A stretch of DNA of 64,000 nucleotides, taken from assembly GCA_025603075.1 (NCBI GenBank), contig MU626362.1, positions 1-64,000 of the forward strand. The letters are read 5' to 3'. The notes under the pieces are model-generated. The model did no database searches. It was given only the letters and a program-made list of their open reading frames with translations, and was not told the DNA's origin. This document shows, piece after piece, positions 1 through 10,836 of the stretch. This DNA is from Neoconidiobolus thromboides FSU 785. Lineage: Eukaryota; Fungi; Entomophthoromycota. Position numbers and translations under genes: made by a program. Every line of letters starts with the position of its first letter. Position 1 is the first letter of the stretch.

Positions 1-863
1 AAGATAACTTTTGATCCGGAAGTTCTAGCCATTTGTTGCATAGTTTCCAAATAACGAATCTGAATAGCAGCTGGTGAATTAAGGATATCAGCTGCTTCTC
101 TCATCAATTTAGCAGAATCAACTTCAGCTTGAGCAGCAATAACTCTAGATTCACCGATACGTTTAGCTTGAGCTGCACTAGATAAATTCTCTTGAAGGTC
201 ACGAGAAAATACCAAATCTTTAATTAACACAGATTCAACTTTAACACCCCAACTAGCTGCTGGTGCACTAATAATATCTTCAATATCCTGTGCAATTTCA
301 TCACGATTTTCAATACAATCTTGTAATGAACGTTGACCAAGTACAGCACGAATGGTAGTTTGGGCTCTTTCCATTAAAGCAAATTGGACATTAGAGACAC
401 CAAAATTTGCTTGGTATGGGTCAACAATGTGCCAATAAAGAACACAGTCAATAGTGATATTAACATTATCTTTAGTCATAATACTTACATTTGCAATATT
501 TATAATTTGAATCTTTATATCGATAAAGTTCATACTTTCAGTACATGGATTAACCCAAGTTAAACCAGGATCACTAGTACGTAGATATTTACCAAATCTT
601 GAAATTAAACCTACTTCACCTTGGTTAACTGATCTGTAAGGATTTGGGAAACAGAAACATATTGGGATAGAGCCTAAAGTACCTAAACAATCACCCAACC
701 CAGTCATGAATTTTTCATAGAAGGAGACATTAGGATCGTAAGGCAGTTCGCTAGCGAATCTCACTCCTACATTTTGTTGAGGGGTAGGCTGAGGAGTAGG
801 TTGATCTTGAATAGTATAGTTAATGTTTTCCATTGATGGATTTAAAAGAGGATTTATTGACAT
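1..863 (-). CDS. Stomatin/SPFH (band 7) family protein, 3' end beyond left edge
   Basis: Manual translation from ATG at 863 is open to the window edge: ...PYRSVNQGEVGLISRFGKY...MTKDNVNITIDCVLYWHIVDP...AQTTIRAVLGQRSLQDCIENRDEIA...WGVKVESVLIKD...AAQAKRIGESRVIAAQAEVDSAKLMREAADILNSPAAIQIRYLETM, a classic stomatin signature. Confidence 0.93.
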   Translation of the reverse strand, partial: MSINPLLNPSMENINYTIQDQPTPQPTPQQNVGVRFASELPYDPNVSFYEKFMTGLGDCLGTLGSIPICFCFPNPYRSVNQGEVGLISRFGKYLRTSDPGLTWVNPCTESMNFIDIKIQIINIANVSIMTKDNVNITIDCVLYWHIVDPYQANFGVSNVQFALMERAQTTIRAVLGQRSLQDCIENRDEIAQDIEDIISAPAASWGVKVESVLIKDLVFSRDLQENLSSAAQAKRIGESRVIAAQAEVDSAKLMREAADILNSPAAIQIRYLETMQQMARTSGSKVI

Positions 864-1158
864 TGCTAAAAAACCAAACTGCTTTTATACTTAGGATTTT
901 TATAAGTTTCTACTTTGCATTATTTTGCTTAGTCTAGATTTAATCCAAATACATTTGCATGTCCAATAGCTATGGAGTTCTACTAAGTTCATAGTTTCTC
1001 TTATATTTAAAAATTTAAAATTCTCAAAATTAAACGTGTATTCTATATAGAAACAATAGTTTTAATTTCCCCGTTCTAATTACTAGAATAGTAGACTGAT
1101 AGAGTTTTATTTTAAATACGATTAACACTTCAATCTAATTATAATTGGTTAATGATAT

Positions 1159-1254
1159 GGGGATGTTTTTTAGTTTCATCACCTTTCCATTTTTTAAGTA
1201 CTATTTGAGTGGAAAGACTGTTGGTAAAATTCTTAAACACAAAAATACATCCCC
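1159..1254 (+). mobile_element. MITE copy (96 bp)
   Basis: GGGGATGT...ACATCCCC TIRs, TSD ATAT/ATAT. Confidence 0.9.
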
Positions 1255-1449
1255 ATATATTTGGAATATTTATATTTTGAAGCAATCAATTTTATTATTC
1301 TCTCATCTTGTCCTCTCACTAATTAGCTTTGAGCATGGAAGGACCCGATTTTTAGCCTTAAAAACTCTGCCTAAAGCCTGAAAGGCTTAGCTCGGCGCTT
1401 TTAGTTTAACCATATATGGATTGTTATTTTAAAAGTTTCTGGGGGTTAA

Positions 1450-1680
1450 AGTATTCTTCATCAGTTATATGAATTAATAAATAAGAATTGATGATATCAA
1501 GGAGGACTATATGACAGTAGCCATACCAACAGATAATGGGGACAAATCATAGTTAAAACTGCAACTATATCCAGGTTTGGCTAAAATTGTATTATTCTCT
1601 TAGTGGAATTAAAGTAGGGATTTCTCATAGCAATCTGCATTGTTTTGTTTATTCTAAATACATAGCAATTTATTAGTTTT
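1450..1680 (-). pseudogene. Possible decayed GPCR-like membrane protein fragment
   Basis: Stop-interrupted frame LAKPGYSCSFNYDLSPLSVGMATVI*SSLISSILIY resembles an extracellular-loop Cys followed by a TM helix; no full gene could be rebuilt. Confidence 0.2.
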
Positions 1681-2092
1681 AGATACTCGGCGATCTTAAA
1701 TAAGGATCAATATCTATCTTCTTACTTATGATAGCTTAGATACAGGGGTACTCTTTCTATTTTAGTATTTAGTTAGAGATTTTTAAAAATTCAAATGTGT
1801 AAAAATAGCCAAAGATTAAAAATGATTCCACATTTATGCCTTTTAATAACCTGCTAGAGCTTATGATAAAAACTACTACGATTTAAAAGTCCAAAAGGCG
1901 AAAAATATTCTATAAATACTTAAAAAACTATACATGGAATGTAACTCCTATTTATAAAATAGAGTTTCTTCATAAAATTAAAGTGAAACTTTTTTGTTAA
2001 AAAACGTTGGGTTTTTTACATAAGGTATTTTGTATAAAGCTTCAGTTTTTTGTATAATTATTTTATTGAAATAAAATGCTAAATTTTAAAAC

Positions 2093-2181
2093 GGGAGTAT
2101 TTTTCTATTTCATCACTTTTTCTTTTTTTAAACACTATTTTAGTGGAAAAGCTATCAGTAAAATTCTTAAAGTGCATTCCT
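2093..2181 (+). mobile_element. MITE copy, degenerate
   Basis: Internal sequence matches the family; right end partly deleted; shares its ATAT flank with the next copy. Confidence 0.75.
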
Positions 2182-2185
2182 ATAT

Positions 2186-2280
2186 GGAGATTTATTTTTT
2201 GTCTAAAAATTTTACTAACAATTTTTCTACTCAAATAGTGCTTATAAAAGGGAAAAAATGATAAAACTAAGAATACCCCT
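2186..2280 (-). mobile_element. MITE copy, inverted, abutting the previous copy
   Basis: ggagattt...aattttactaacaatttttctactcaaatagtgctt...aatacccct; flanks ATAT/ATAC. Confidence 0.75.
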
Positions 2281-2292
2281 ATACTATAAAAC

Positions 2293-2388
2293 AGGGATGT
2301 TTTTTTGATTCCATTACTTTTCCATTTCTTAAGCGCTATTTGAGTAAAAAGCTGTTAGTAAAATTCTTAAACGAAAAAATACATCCCC
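2293..2388 (+). mobile_element. MITE copy
   Basis: agggatgt...acatcccc; flanks AAAC/AAAT. Confidence 0.85.
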
Positions 2389-3112
2389 AAATGGTAAATA
2401 TAATGTGTATCATTTTATTATTATCAAGTTTCATAGTTAATAAATGGTAACTTTATTTAATTATGTATTAAGATATTTCAATTTATTGAAAAAAGCTTTA
2501 TTAATATTTAATTTAATAATTATAATAAATAATAACGAAACAATAAGCTTATAAACAACATTAGCATATTTATTTATTAACATAAAAATTTTAAGATTGA
2601 GCATTTAAAAATTTAAAAAAATAAACAAAAAATCTAAAAAATATGTAACTTTAACACCAATAATGTAGTCAACTAATTATAACAAATGTGAGTATCTTTT
2701 ACCTATTACCTTTGCTATTTTTTCAAAGTTTAAATTAACCAATGTAGCTGTTTAAGTTTAGGTGTGTGCTGCTAAATAATGAATTTATAACCTATTTGTT
2801 CTATTATAATAATTTGAGGTTTGTTAATTTTATTTTATTTTAAAATGAGCCGTTAGCTAGCACATATACAAGCTTGGATAGCGGTACTGACTAATTAATT
2901 TTCAGATTTAAAAAGATAATAAAAGGACAATTGGTAAAAAACATCCCCATGTCTTTAAAAATTAAACAAATGAATTAATTAAAATTAAAAACCAAATTGA
3001 CAAAAAGTTATTCAATAGCTCACAAATAATTAACCTTGTTTTAAATTTTAAATTTTAAATTTACATAGGTAGCTATTAAGCAGTTGATTAACTATTTTAG
3101 AATCTTACATTT

Positions 3113-3209
3113 GGGGATGTATTTTTTTACTTAAGAATTTTACTACAATTTTTCCACTCAAATAGTGCTTAAAAAATGGAAAGATAATGAAACTAGAAAA
3201 AACAGCCCC
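3113..3209 (-). mobile_element. MITE copy
   Basis: ggggatgt...acagcccc; TSD ATTT/ATTT. Confidence 0.9.
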
Positions 3210-3454
3210 ATTTACTAGATAAGTCCTGTATTTTTATTTTATTAGGCTTTTATTTACAAAGTGTAGATATTTAGTAAAATGATTTTTCTCAAGCTTTATA
3301 GTGAGTGATAAAGGGTTTACTACTTCCTTGTACTATGCTTGTAACTCAACAATATCTAAACTCTCTACTGTGAGAACTTCATTAGTTGCTTTATCTGTGA
3401 TTAGGATGACAAAAGTACACTTCAATCTTGGCATCAAATGGATTAACTTTAAAT

Positions 3455-3552
3455 AAAGATGTTCTTTTGGTTTCATCACTTTTTCCATTTTTTAAGTACT
3501 ATTTGAGTGGAAAGATTGGTAGTAAAGTTCTTAAACAAAAAAACATATCCTC
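3455..3552 (+). mobile_element. MITE copy
   Basis: Degenerate left TIR (aaagatgt), right end atatcctc; TSD AAAT/AAAT. Confidence 0.85.
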
Positions 3553-3689
3553 AAATAACAATATATAATAGGAGGTTGATTAATCGAGATTCCCTCTATT
3601 TATGAACTGATTTAGCATTATATGATATTCGATTACATACCGTGTCTTTACTGAAGTTACCTTACCTTTAAAAACCTAGTGTAGTATGG

Positions 3690-4490
3690 AATTTTATAGA
3701 ATAGCAAGTTTTAGCATTGTCATTATGGTGCTGTTTTCTGAATGTTTATATTGAGGTTAATCTACAATTGATTTTGATTCATAACATCAAAATTACTAAA
3801 AAGAATTGAAATAGCCTATTAGGCAGTTCTGGTATTATTGGTCTTATTAATTTATATTCCATCATTAATTAATACTAAATTTACTCATTTTTAATCGTTT
3901 ATTTATTCTTTTTAGCATTAAGCAATTAAGCTACAGTGACTATTACGGATGTTATATATCTGGTGCTAAAGCGGAAGCTGCTTGTAGAAAATATTTGATT
4001 TCTTTCCGAATCAACTATGAAGATTATTATCTATGATTTGTCTTATTGTTGTAGCTATTGCAATGATATTGAAACTAAATTATAATACAAACTTTATAAA
4101 TGTAAATTCTAATACATCAAAAAAAGCTATAAAATTAATGCAAATGATGAGATACAGGATGTAATAGCGAAATCATTCTCCACTTTAATAAGGAATAATT
4201 CCTTTTATTTAGTTTACTATATCCTTCGACTATGGTTATTTCACATTTTGTTGGAATGATATCACAGATTTATTATGATTTTAGTTCTAGCAATAACGAA
4301 GTGCTAGATCAATAGACTTTTATTGTCTTTTCATCAGCAGGTTTATTGAATTTTGTTTCAATCCAACCATCTACAAGGCTGTTGAATCAGTTTGTTACAG
4401 GGTTTTCAAGAAGGATAAAACCCACTTCAAGGAAAGCAGTTCTATTTTCATTTGTATTTCCTACTTTATTGATTTATTGTAGGTATTCAT
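3690..4490 (+). pseudogene. Probable decayed 7TM/GPCR-like gene
   Basis: Frameshifted and stop-ridden pieces SDYYGCYISGAKAEAA and FSSAGLLNFV/FNPTIYKAVESVCYRVFKK resemble ECL2 and TM7-helix 8; locally higher GC than the flanks. Confidence 0.3.
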
Positions 4491-5320
4491 GGTTTGCGAC
4501 TAAACTAATCTAGTGATACGTCATCGCAAAGCAATCTAGAAAGCGGGGAAGTGAATGACCACAGTTCAGGCATTGCTAATATTGAAATTATTATAGTTTG
4601 GTTTAAGTTAATACTGCTCTATCATATTGTATTTTAGTATTATTTTATAAATAAAAGTATCATATTAATGCTTATATTTCTACAATAATATTTTAACTTT
4701 TCTGTTTTCAATTATTTTGAATTCAAATCTCACAGCAATTTAAAACCAAAATCAAAAGTAAAAATATTTAAACTATAATTGGATTACAAGTTATTCAGAA
4801 TATGAGGATCCTGGGACTATAAATATATAAAATGGATAACTACAACTCATAGATAACGACTCAGATAAATACATATCCTAACTTCTATTCGAAAACAAAT
4901 TCAAAAGTTTTCCTTCTATTTCAAATTGTTATGCAAAAACACTTATTATCAATGAGTACATCTATTAGATAAAGATATAAAAAAATCTTGACTAAACATT
5001 AAAATACAATGGCTTTATTGAAGGGGATAAGATGAGATTTTACTACGTTAAACCATCCCAAAAGAGGTATGAATATAGCTCTGCTAAGGTAGCAGCTCAT
5101 AGTTACCATAAAAATACAATAAATAAGCAATTATCCTACAGGTAAAAGATACTTCTTTATATAAGTCTCGGCTATTTAAAATCTCAAATTTATTGTTAAA
5201 GTTTATCGCTCATAGATTAATAAATTTATATTTATTAACCAATGGTAAAGTATGAGTAATTTAATTCATGGCTGCCGTATATCTAGATGCAAGCTAAAAA
5301 GAACGAAATAGCTTTCATGA

Positions 5321-6900
5321 TTATAATTCAAAGCGTTTTAAACAGCCGACATAATTTTCTACTAAAGAGCAAATAAAAATAATCCAAGAGAACATAATCA
5401 GCAATATTGTTAAAAGTGTAAACAACTTTTGCCAAACGGTGCCTTCCTTTAATTCCTTGAAAGCTTGACTGACTAGTAATTCATCACAATATTTCTCAAC
5501 TAATTGCTTACAGCGCTTTAATGAAGTATAAAATAGATCAAATATAAAACGTCTATTACAAAAGGTATAAACTAATGTCATGAATAATGTTATATTTGCA
5601 ACTTCAAACAATATTCTCATAGCTAGAATATATTTACTACTAGAATCGATGCCTTTTAAATGATATAAAGCTAAACGAAAAAGAGCTACACGTATTGATA
5701 ATCTTATCTTATGGGTATCTATCCTAGTACCTACTAATTCAGGAGACAAAAGTAAAGGAATATATGGAGTTAAGTAAATTGGGGCAATAGTAAAAGAGAA
5801 GGAAAGAAGGATTAATTCGACATAGATAGAAACTTTACTCCAAGCTAATAAACCTATTGAGAGTATGACAAGTATAGCTAAAGTAATAACATACAATGAT
5901 TGGCAACTGAAGAAATCAATAGAAAACCCACTTAAAGGAGAGAGCGCAATTGGTAGAACTAATGAAACAGATGAGGTTCAGACTACAGCCTCATCTGTCA
6001 TAAATTTTTCGGCTTTGGTTTTACCATAAATAAGTTTTAGATACAAATTTAGTAACGGATACAATAAATGGATCCCATCCCCACCTAAGAAGAAAGTTGT
6101 ATATGACATAATACAAGTCCCAGCTGGCAAACAAAACAGATGCTTGATAAAAAAATTAGCCTTTTTTACTTCTTCACTAACATATTCATCCCAAAAATGA
6201 TGTAACACAAAAGTATAAATTACGATAGCAATCCATGAAATACCACAAATACCAACTGAAAGCCAGGGACCACTACCATAAAATCCTGGTTTAACTGCTA
6301 CATTAGCTACAATTCCTTGAGCTAAGAAGGAAAAAAGATGTGACGAACTAATTTGTAAGCCAATAGCACCAGGCATAATAATAGTAGAAAAACATTTTCC
6401 TAACATAGTTTTTTGTACAACTGCAATAATACTGGGCCCTGAATCATGGATAGTATGCCCAGCACCGATTATAGAAAAAGACTTAATGCGAGAGGAAATA
6501 GCAATGACAATATCTACAAGAAGAGTCAAAGAGAGGCTATCAGTGAACCAGGAGCTACTCCAAACCTATTTGTAAAAATACCCTCAATAATGATACAATA
6601 TTATTAATTAAGTATAATACAGCTTGAGCAACGCCATGTTGGATATTATTTAGCCCTTGTTCCTTTTTTAAAGTTCTCTTTGGCGAGCTCAATGTGTTTG
6701 GTGCAAAATGAAATCCAATTGAAAAGAAAACAGTATAGAATAAAGCCAGTGCTTTATAAAACCATTTTTTATTAGAAAGTAGTTTTGATTTGTTTTATTC
6801 AGTATCAACATCTAATTTGAGATTGTTAATATCAAATTATTTTTCATTATTTTTGCTCGTCTTAATGAAATTGTAGTACTAGTAACCTCGGTGGTTTTTG
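5321..6900 (-). pseudogene. MFS transporter (MFSD1-like) pseudogene, copy 1
   Basis: KWFYKALALFYTVFFSIGFHFAPNTLSSPKRTLKKEQGLNNIQHGVAQ, then ORF fragments 5978-6529 and 5321-5896 (PLLLSPELVGTRIDTHK); broken by stops and frameshifts; 5' boundary approximate. Confidence 0.7.
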
Positions 6901-8532
6901 CTTTTATGATATTAACTGGGTTAACAACCGACTTATCAGATTTGTTATTATAAATGACCCTTTGTTACAAGTTTTATTTCAATCGTCAAATAATGACTTA
7001 TTTTTGTGGTGAATTTTTAATTTTATACTTTGGAAAAAAAATTAATGTTTATATTTCCAACTACATAAAACTCATAGAATATACCATAGCATCACCTTCA
7101 ATAACACTTGGCTTTATTGATAATATTTATTTAACACTATCATGTTTTGATTATATAAATTTATTTACTTTAACCTAGAAAATGAAGCTATAAAACCGCA
7201 ATATGAGACAGTAATACATGTTTTATTTAATTGTCTACATCAATTGCACCGTTATTTAAATAGTTTAGTATGTTCTTATTTTAAATGGAACAAATACAAA
7301 TCTACCGAATTTCTAAGGAAGTGTTATCATTTTTGATCCCCAACTAATTTTATATTTAGACTTTTTCTATTAACAGCTTTTACTAAGTGTACTGATATTA
7401 TACAAACATTAGGCTTGTTTAAACAAACAAACATCTTATTTTTTGATTTTTCGAATAATTAGATATGTAATATACATTCTTTGTACTTTTACTTTAATTT
7501 TCAAATTACACTCCAATGTGAAATCTGGTACTCAGGGTTTGGAGTCAAGAACAGCTATTGCTGGGTTGACTACACTATAAGTCGAAAGGTCTTAGTTTAT
7601 GTGACTAAGATAGACTTGGATTATGAGGAATAGCATGTAATAGGTTACAAGCTATACAAGACAAATAGAATAGAGAATACTAATGTGAAATCTACGTAAA
7701 ACACTATTAAGTAAACTTAGTGGTTTTATTAAATGTTCGAGATATCAGGGAATAATTCAGTTAAAAAGCCTCGAACTACTATACTCTAGAAACTCTTTTA
7801 TACTCCAAAAAGTAGAAATATCAAAACGAGAAGATAATATTCTTTTGGATGGAGCTAGAAATTCTCATAACAAATCAAACTAAGAACGTGGGATTAATTT
7901 TCCCTGAACTCGAGAACACAACAGCTTAGGCGATTGTTATGCTATAATTAACCATGGGACTGACAAAGCGATATTTCACACCAACTTGAAATATTGACTA
8001 TTGACTATTGAAGACTTAAAAAATTAAAAAATCATTCTACTAGGAATATAACAATTCTAATCAATTAAACTACAGCTTTTACTATTCAATACACTAAATT
8101 AACTTAGTTATAATGGTTAGATAACCTAAATTGGTTGATGACTTATTACATTTTTAAATAAGTTTTTAAAATAATCGTAAAAACCAAATAATATAAAATA
8201 ATGCTATAGTAGTTAAGACACACATATATTTATGGAGACATAATAACGTGTTTTTGGTAATTGTCATCATACTTTATATATATCTTGTAATACCTAGAAC
8301 AAAAGCAAAAACTTCATACTCCTAAAAATATTGATACAAATAAATAAATATTATTTTTGAAAACTTAAAAACGTTGGTAGATGTAGTTTAGCTACTTTTT
8401 GTAAAAGTTAAGATAATATTAATTATATGAATATGTTTAAATAAATATGAAATTGAATAGCAAAAAACAAAGCATTGGAATGTACAGTTGTCATAACTTT
8501 TTTTTTGAGATTTATTACTTCACAAATTATAT

Positions 8533-8627
8533 GGGGAAGTAATTTTGTATTTAAGAATTTTACTGACAATTTTTCCACATAAATAGCGCTTAAAAAATGG
8601 AAAAATAATGAAGCTAAAAACAGCCCC
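8533..8627 (-). mobile_element. MITE copy
   Basis: ggggaagt...acagcccc; TSD ATAT/ATAT. Confidence 0.9.
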
Positions 8628-9237
8628 ATATGCTAAGTTTTCTAGCCATGAATTTTATTCAAGTCAAAGATAAAAAAACATGGTAAATGAAGATATGCGT
8701 ATTCGTTTAGCAAACTTTTATCATGTTTCTTGTATACTATACTAAAGTTTCCTGATCTAATGTTTTACTATATATGAATGTCTTTTTGCTATAGTGTCTC
8801 ATTAATAGCTCTTCTAAATTCTATCCATGTAGGAAATGGACAAAGTAATGAGACAAAAAGACACTCCAATTCCTTTTAAATTATAACAATTTATAATTCT
8901 ATCACTTTGACATTTATGCCGTAATAATATTCTACAAACTCAGTACAGAGAACACTATGTTCGATATAATCAAAAATAAATATATTCAATAATATTTTAT
9001 AAATTTAAAAAGCATGCTATAATGATTTAAAAAATAAAATCAATAATGACCTTGGTTTATTTATAAGCCATAAAGGATGTAGAAATTGGAGTTGAATGGT
9101 ATTGAAAGTTGTAGAGCAGACGTTGTTATAATTAAACGCACTTTGGATAAAATCTCAAGATAAAGTAAAGGTGAAATGGGACAGTATTGAATTAATGGCT
9201 CAGTCAATTAGAAGGTGCAAATTTTAAAGATGAATAT

Positions 9238-10836
9238 TTATTCCTCGTCAGCATACACATCATTTTGTACTTCAGGTGATTGGGCACGTTCATATCCTGG
9301 AGATCCATCAGCATGGCCAGTTGCTTCTTGCTCATGTGTATTTAAATAATAATCACGTGTGTCATTTTTATCTGGGCTGGCTTCACGCTCATGTGGACGT
9401 GGAGAAAATTCATTGTCCTTACGATCAGGAGTTGGAGAGCGACGGTCAGCATTACTATCACGACGTTGATAAGGAGAACGAGAGCGATTAGATCCGCTAT
9501 AAGATCTTCCACGACGAGGTGAATCGCTTCTTCTAGAATCTCTACCACGTCTTGGGGATGGAGAGCGTCTAGAACGTCTTGGGGAACGAGAGCGAGAAGG
9601 AGAACGTGAACGACGATATGAACGACGTGGAGAACGTCTTGGAGAGCGTTCACGATGACGACGTGGGGATCTAGAACGAGATTTTGAATAATTACGTCTA
9701 CTACTGCGACGACTATGGCTTCGTGAATCCTAAAGGACGGTTAATATTTGATATCATCTTTTTTATAATTAAATTACATCAATAATTTCTAATCTTCTGC
9801 CACGGAACTCATAATTTTGAAATTTATCTAAAGCATATTTCATATCATCATATTTTTCAAACTCAACAATTCTATAAAATGATTAGATTAAGACTAGTTA
9901 CATTGTTATACTTACCCTTCTCCTTGGTGCTCTTTATGTGCATCGGCAAAGCAGACTTCTCCAGCACGGCGCATCAAATCCTTGAGATCCTGTAAAGATA
10001 GAAGGTCGTTAATAAATCAGCAACAAGGACTTAGCCCAAAAGTGTATGTTCAAAGTAAAAAAGTAAAACTGGCCAAAAGAAAAGTAATTTAAGACCAAAA
10101 CTAAAGTCACCAATAAGAACTAATAGTACACAAAGAACGCAACGATATTTTTCAATTTAAGTAGCAAAATGTATCAATTTTTAACTAATTCTAATTAAAA
10201 TGGGCAATACTATGTTCTCATATCTCCTTATAATAAAAGCAATGTTATTAAAAACAAAGATTTTTAAATGAAGAGAATGAAGTACAGCGTATTACTTATT
10301 GTACAAATATTTTAAATTCACCATCAAAGTTTTTAAGTACAAGATATTTTGGCCAGTTAAGAAACTAGTATTAGAAACATACCTGCCAGTTAGCCCTAGA
10401 CGAAAGATTGCGGATAAGCAAACGATTATCGGTACGAGTAGGTGGACCACGACGACGATCGTTGTTACGATCATTGTTATTACTACGATCGTTATTGTTG
10501 TTACGCTGTCTGTCACGAGGATGACGTGATTTAGCATACTCAACAACTAACCTATTAAAGAATTAGTTTGTGTATAATTAGAGATAAATAAATTACCTTT
10601 CACCACGAAAGGTCTTCCCGTCAAATTCACGTTGAACCTCTTTTGCATCAGAAGAACTACGGAATTCCTAACCAAGTTAATAAAATAGAGTAATTCATAA
10701 AAAAGGAACATACAACAAAACCAAAACGTTCCAAGAGAGAAATTTCAACAATTTCTCCATATCCTTTCAAGAGTTTTTCTATATCTCTTTCATGAGTGCC
10801 TGTGGCTAAATGTCCAAAAAAAAGTCTGGTACTCAT
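9238..10836 (-). CDS. srp2: SR splicing factor (SRSF4/5/6, Srp2-like): two RRMs plus RS domain, multi-exon
   Basis: Spliced by hand: [11 protein letters not shown]...FGFV|[10 protein letters not shown]...GER|LVVEYAK...[14 protein letters not shown]|[25 protein letters not shown]|[16 protein letters not shown]...|RS/SPR-rich tail ending YADEE*. Confidence 0.92.

Noticed and set aside
1155-1258. Reading the MITE as a TA-TSD Tc1/mariner (Stowaway-like) element with ATATGGGG TIRs
   Set aside because: Copies flanked by ATTT, AAAT, AACT and AAGT on both sides show a variable 4-bp duplication
9990-10382. Intronic C/D-box snoRNA in the long SR intron
   Set aside because: No convincing RUGAUGA box C paired with a CUGA box D and terminal stem
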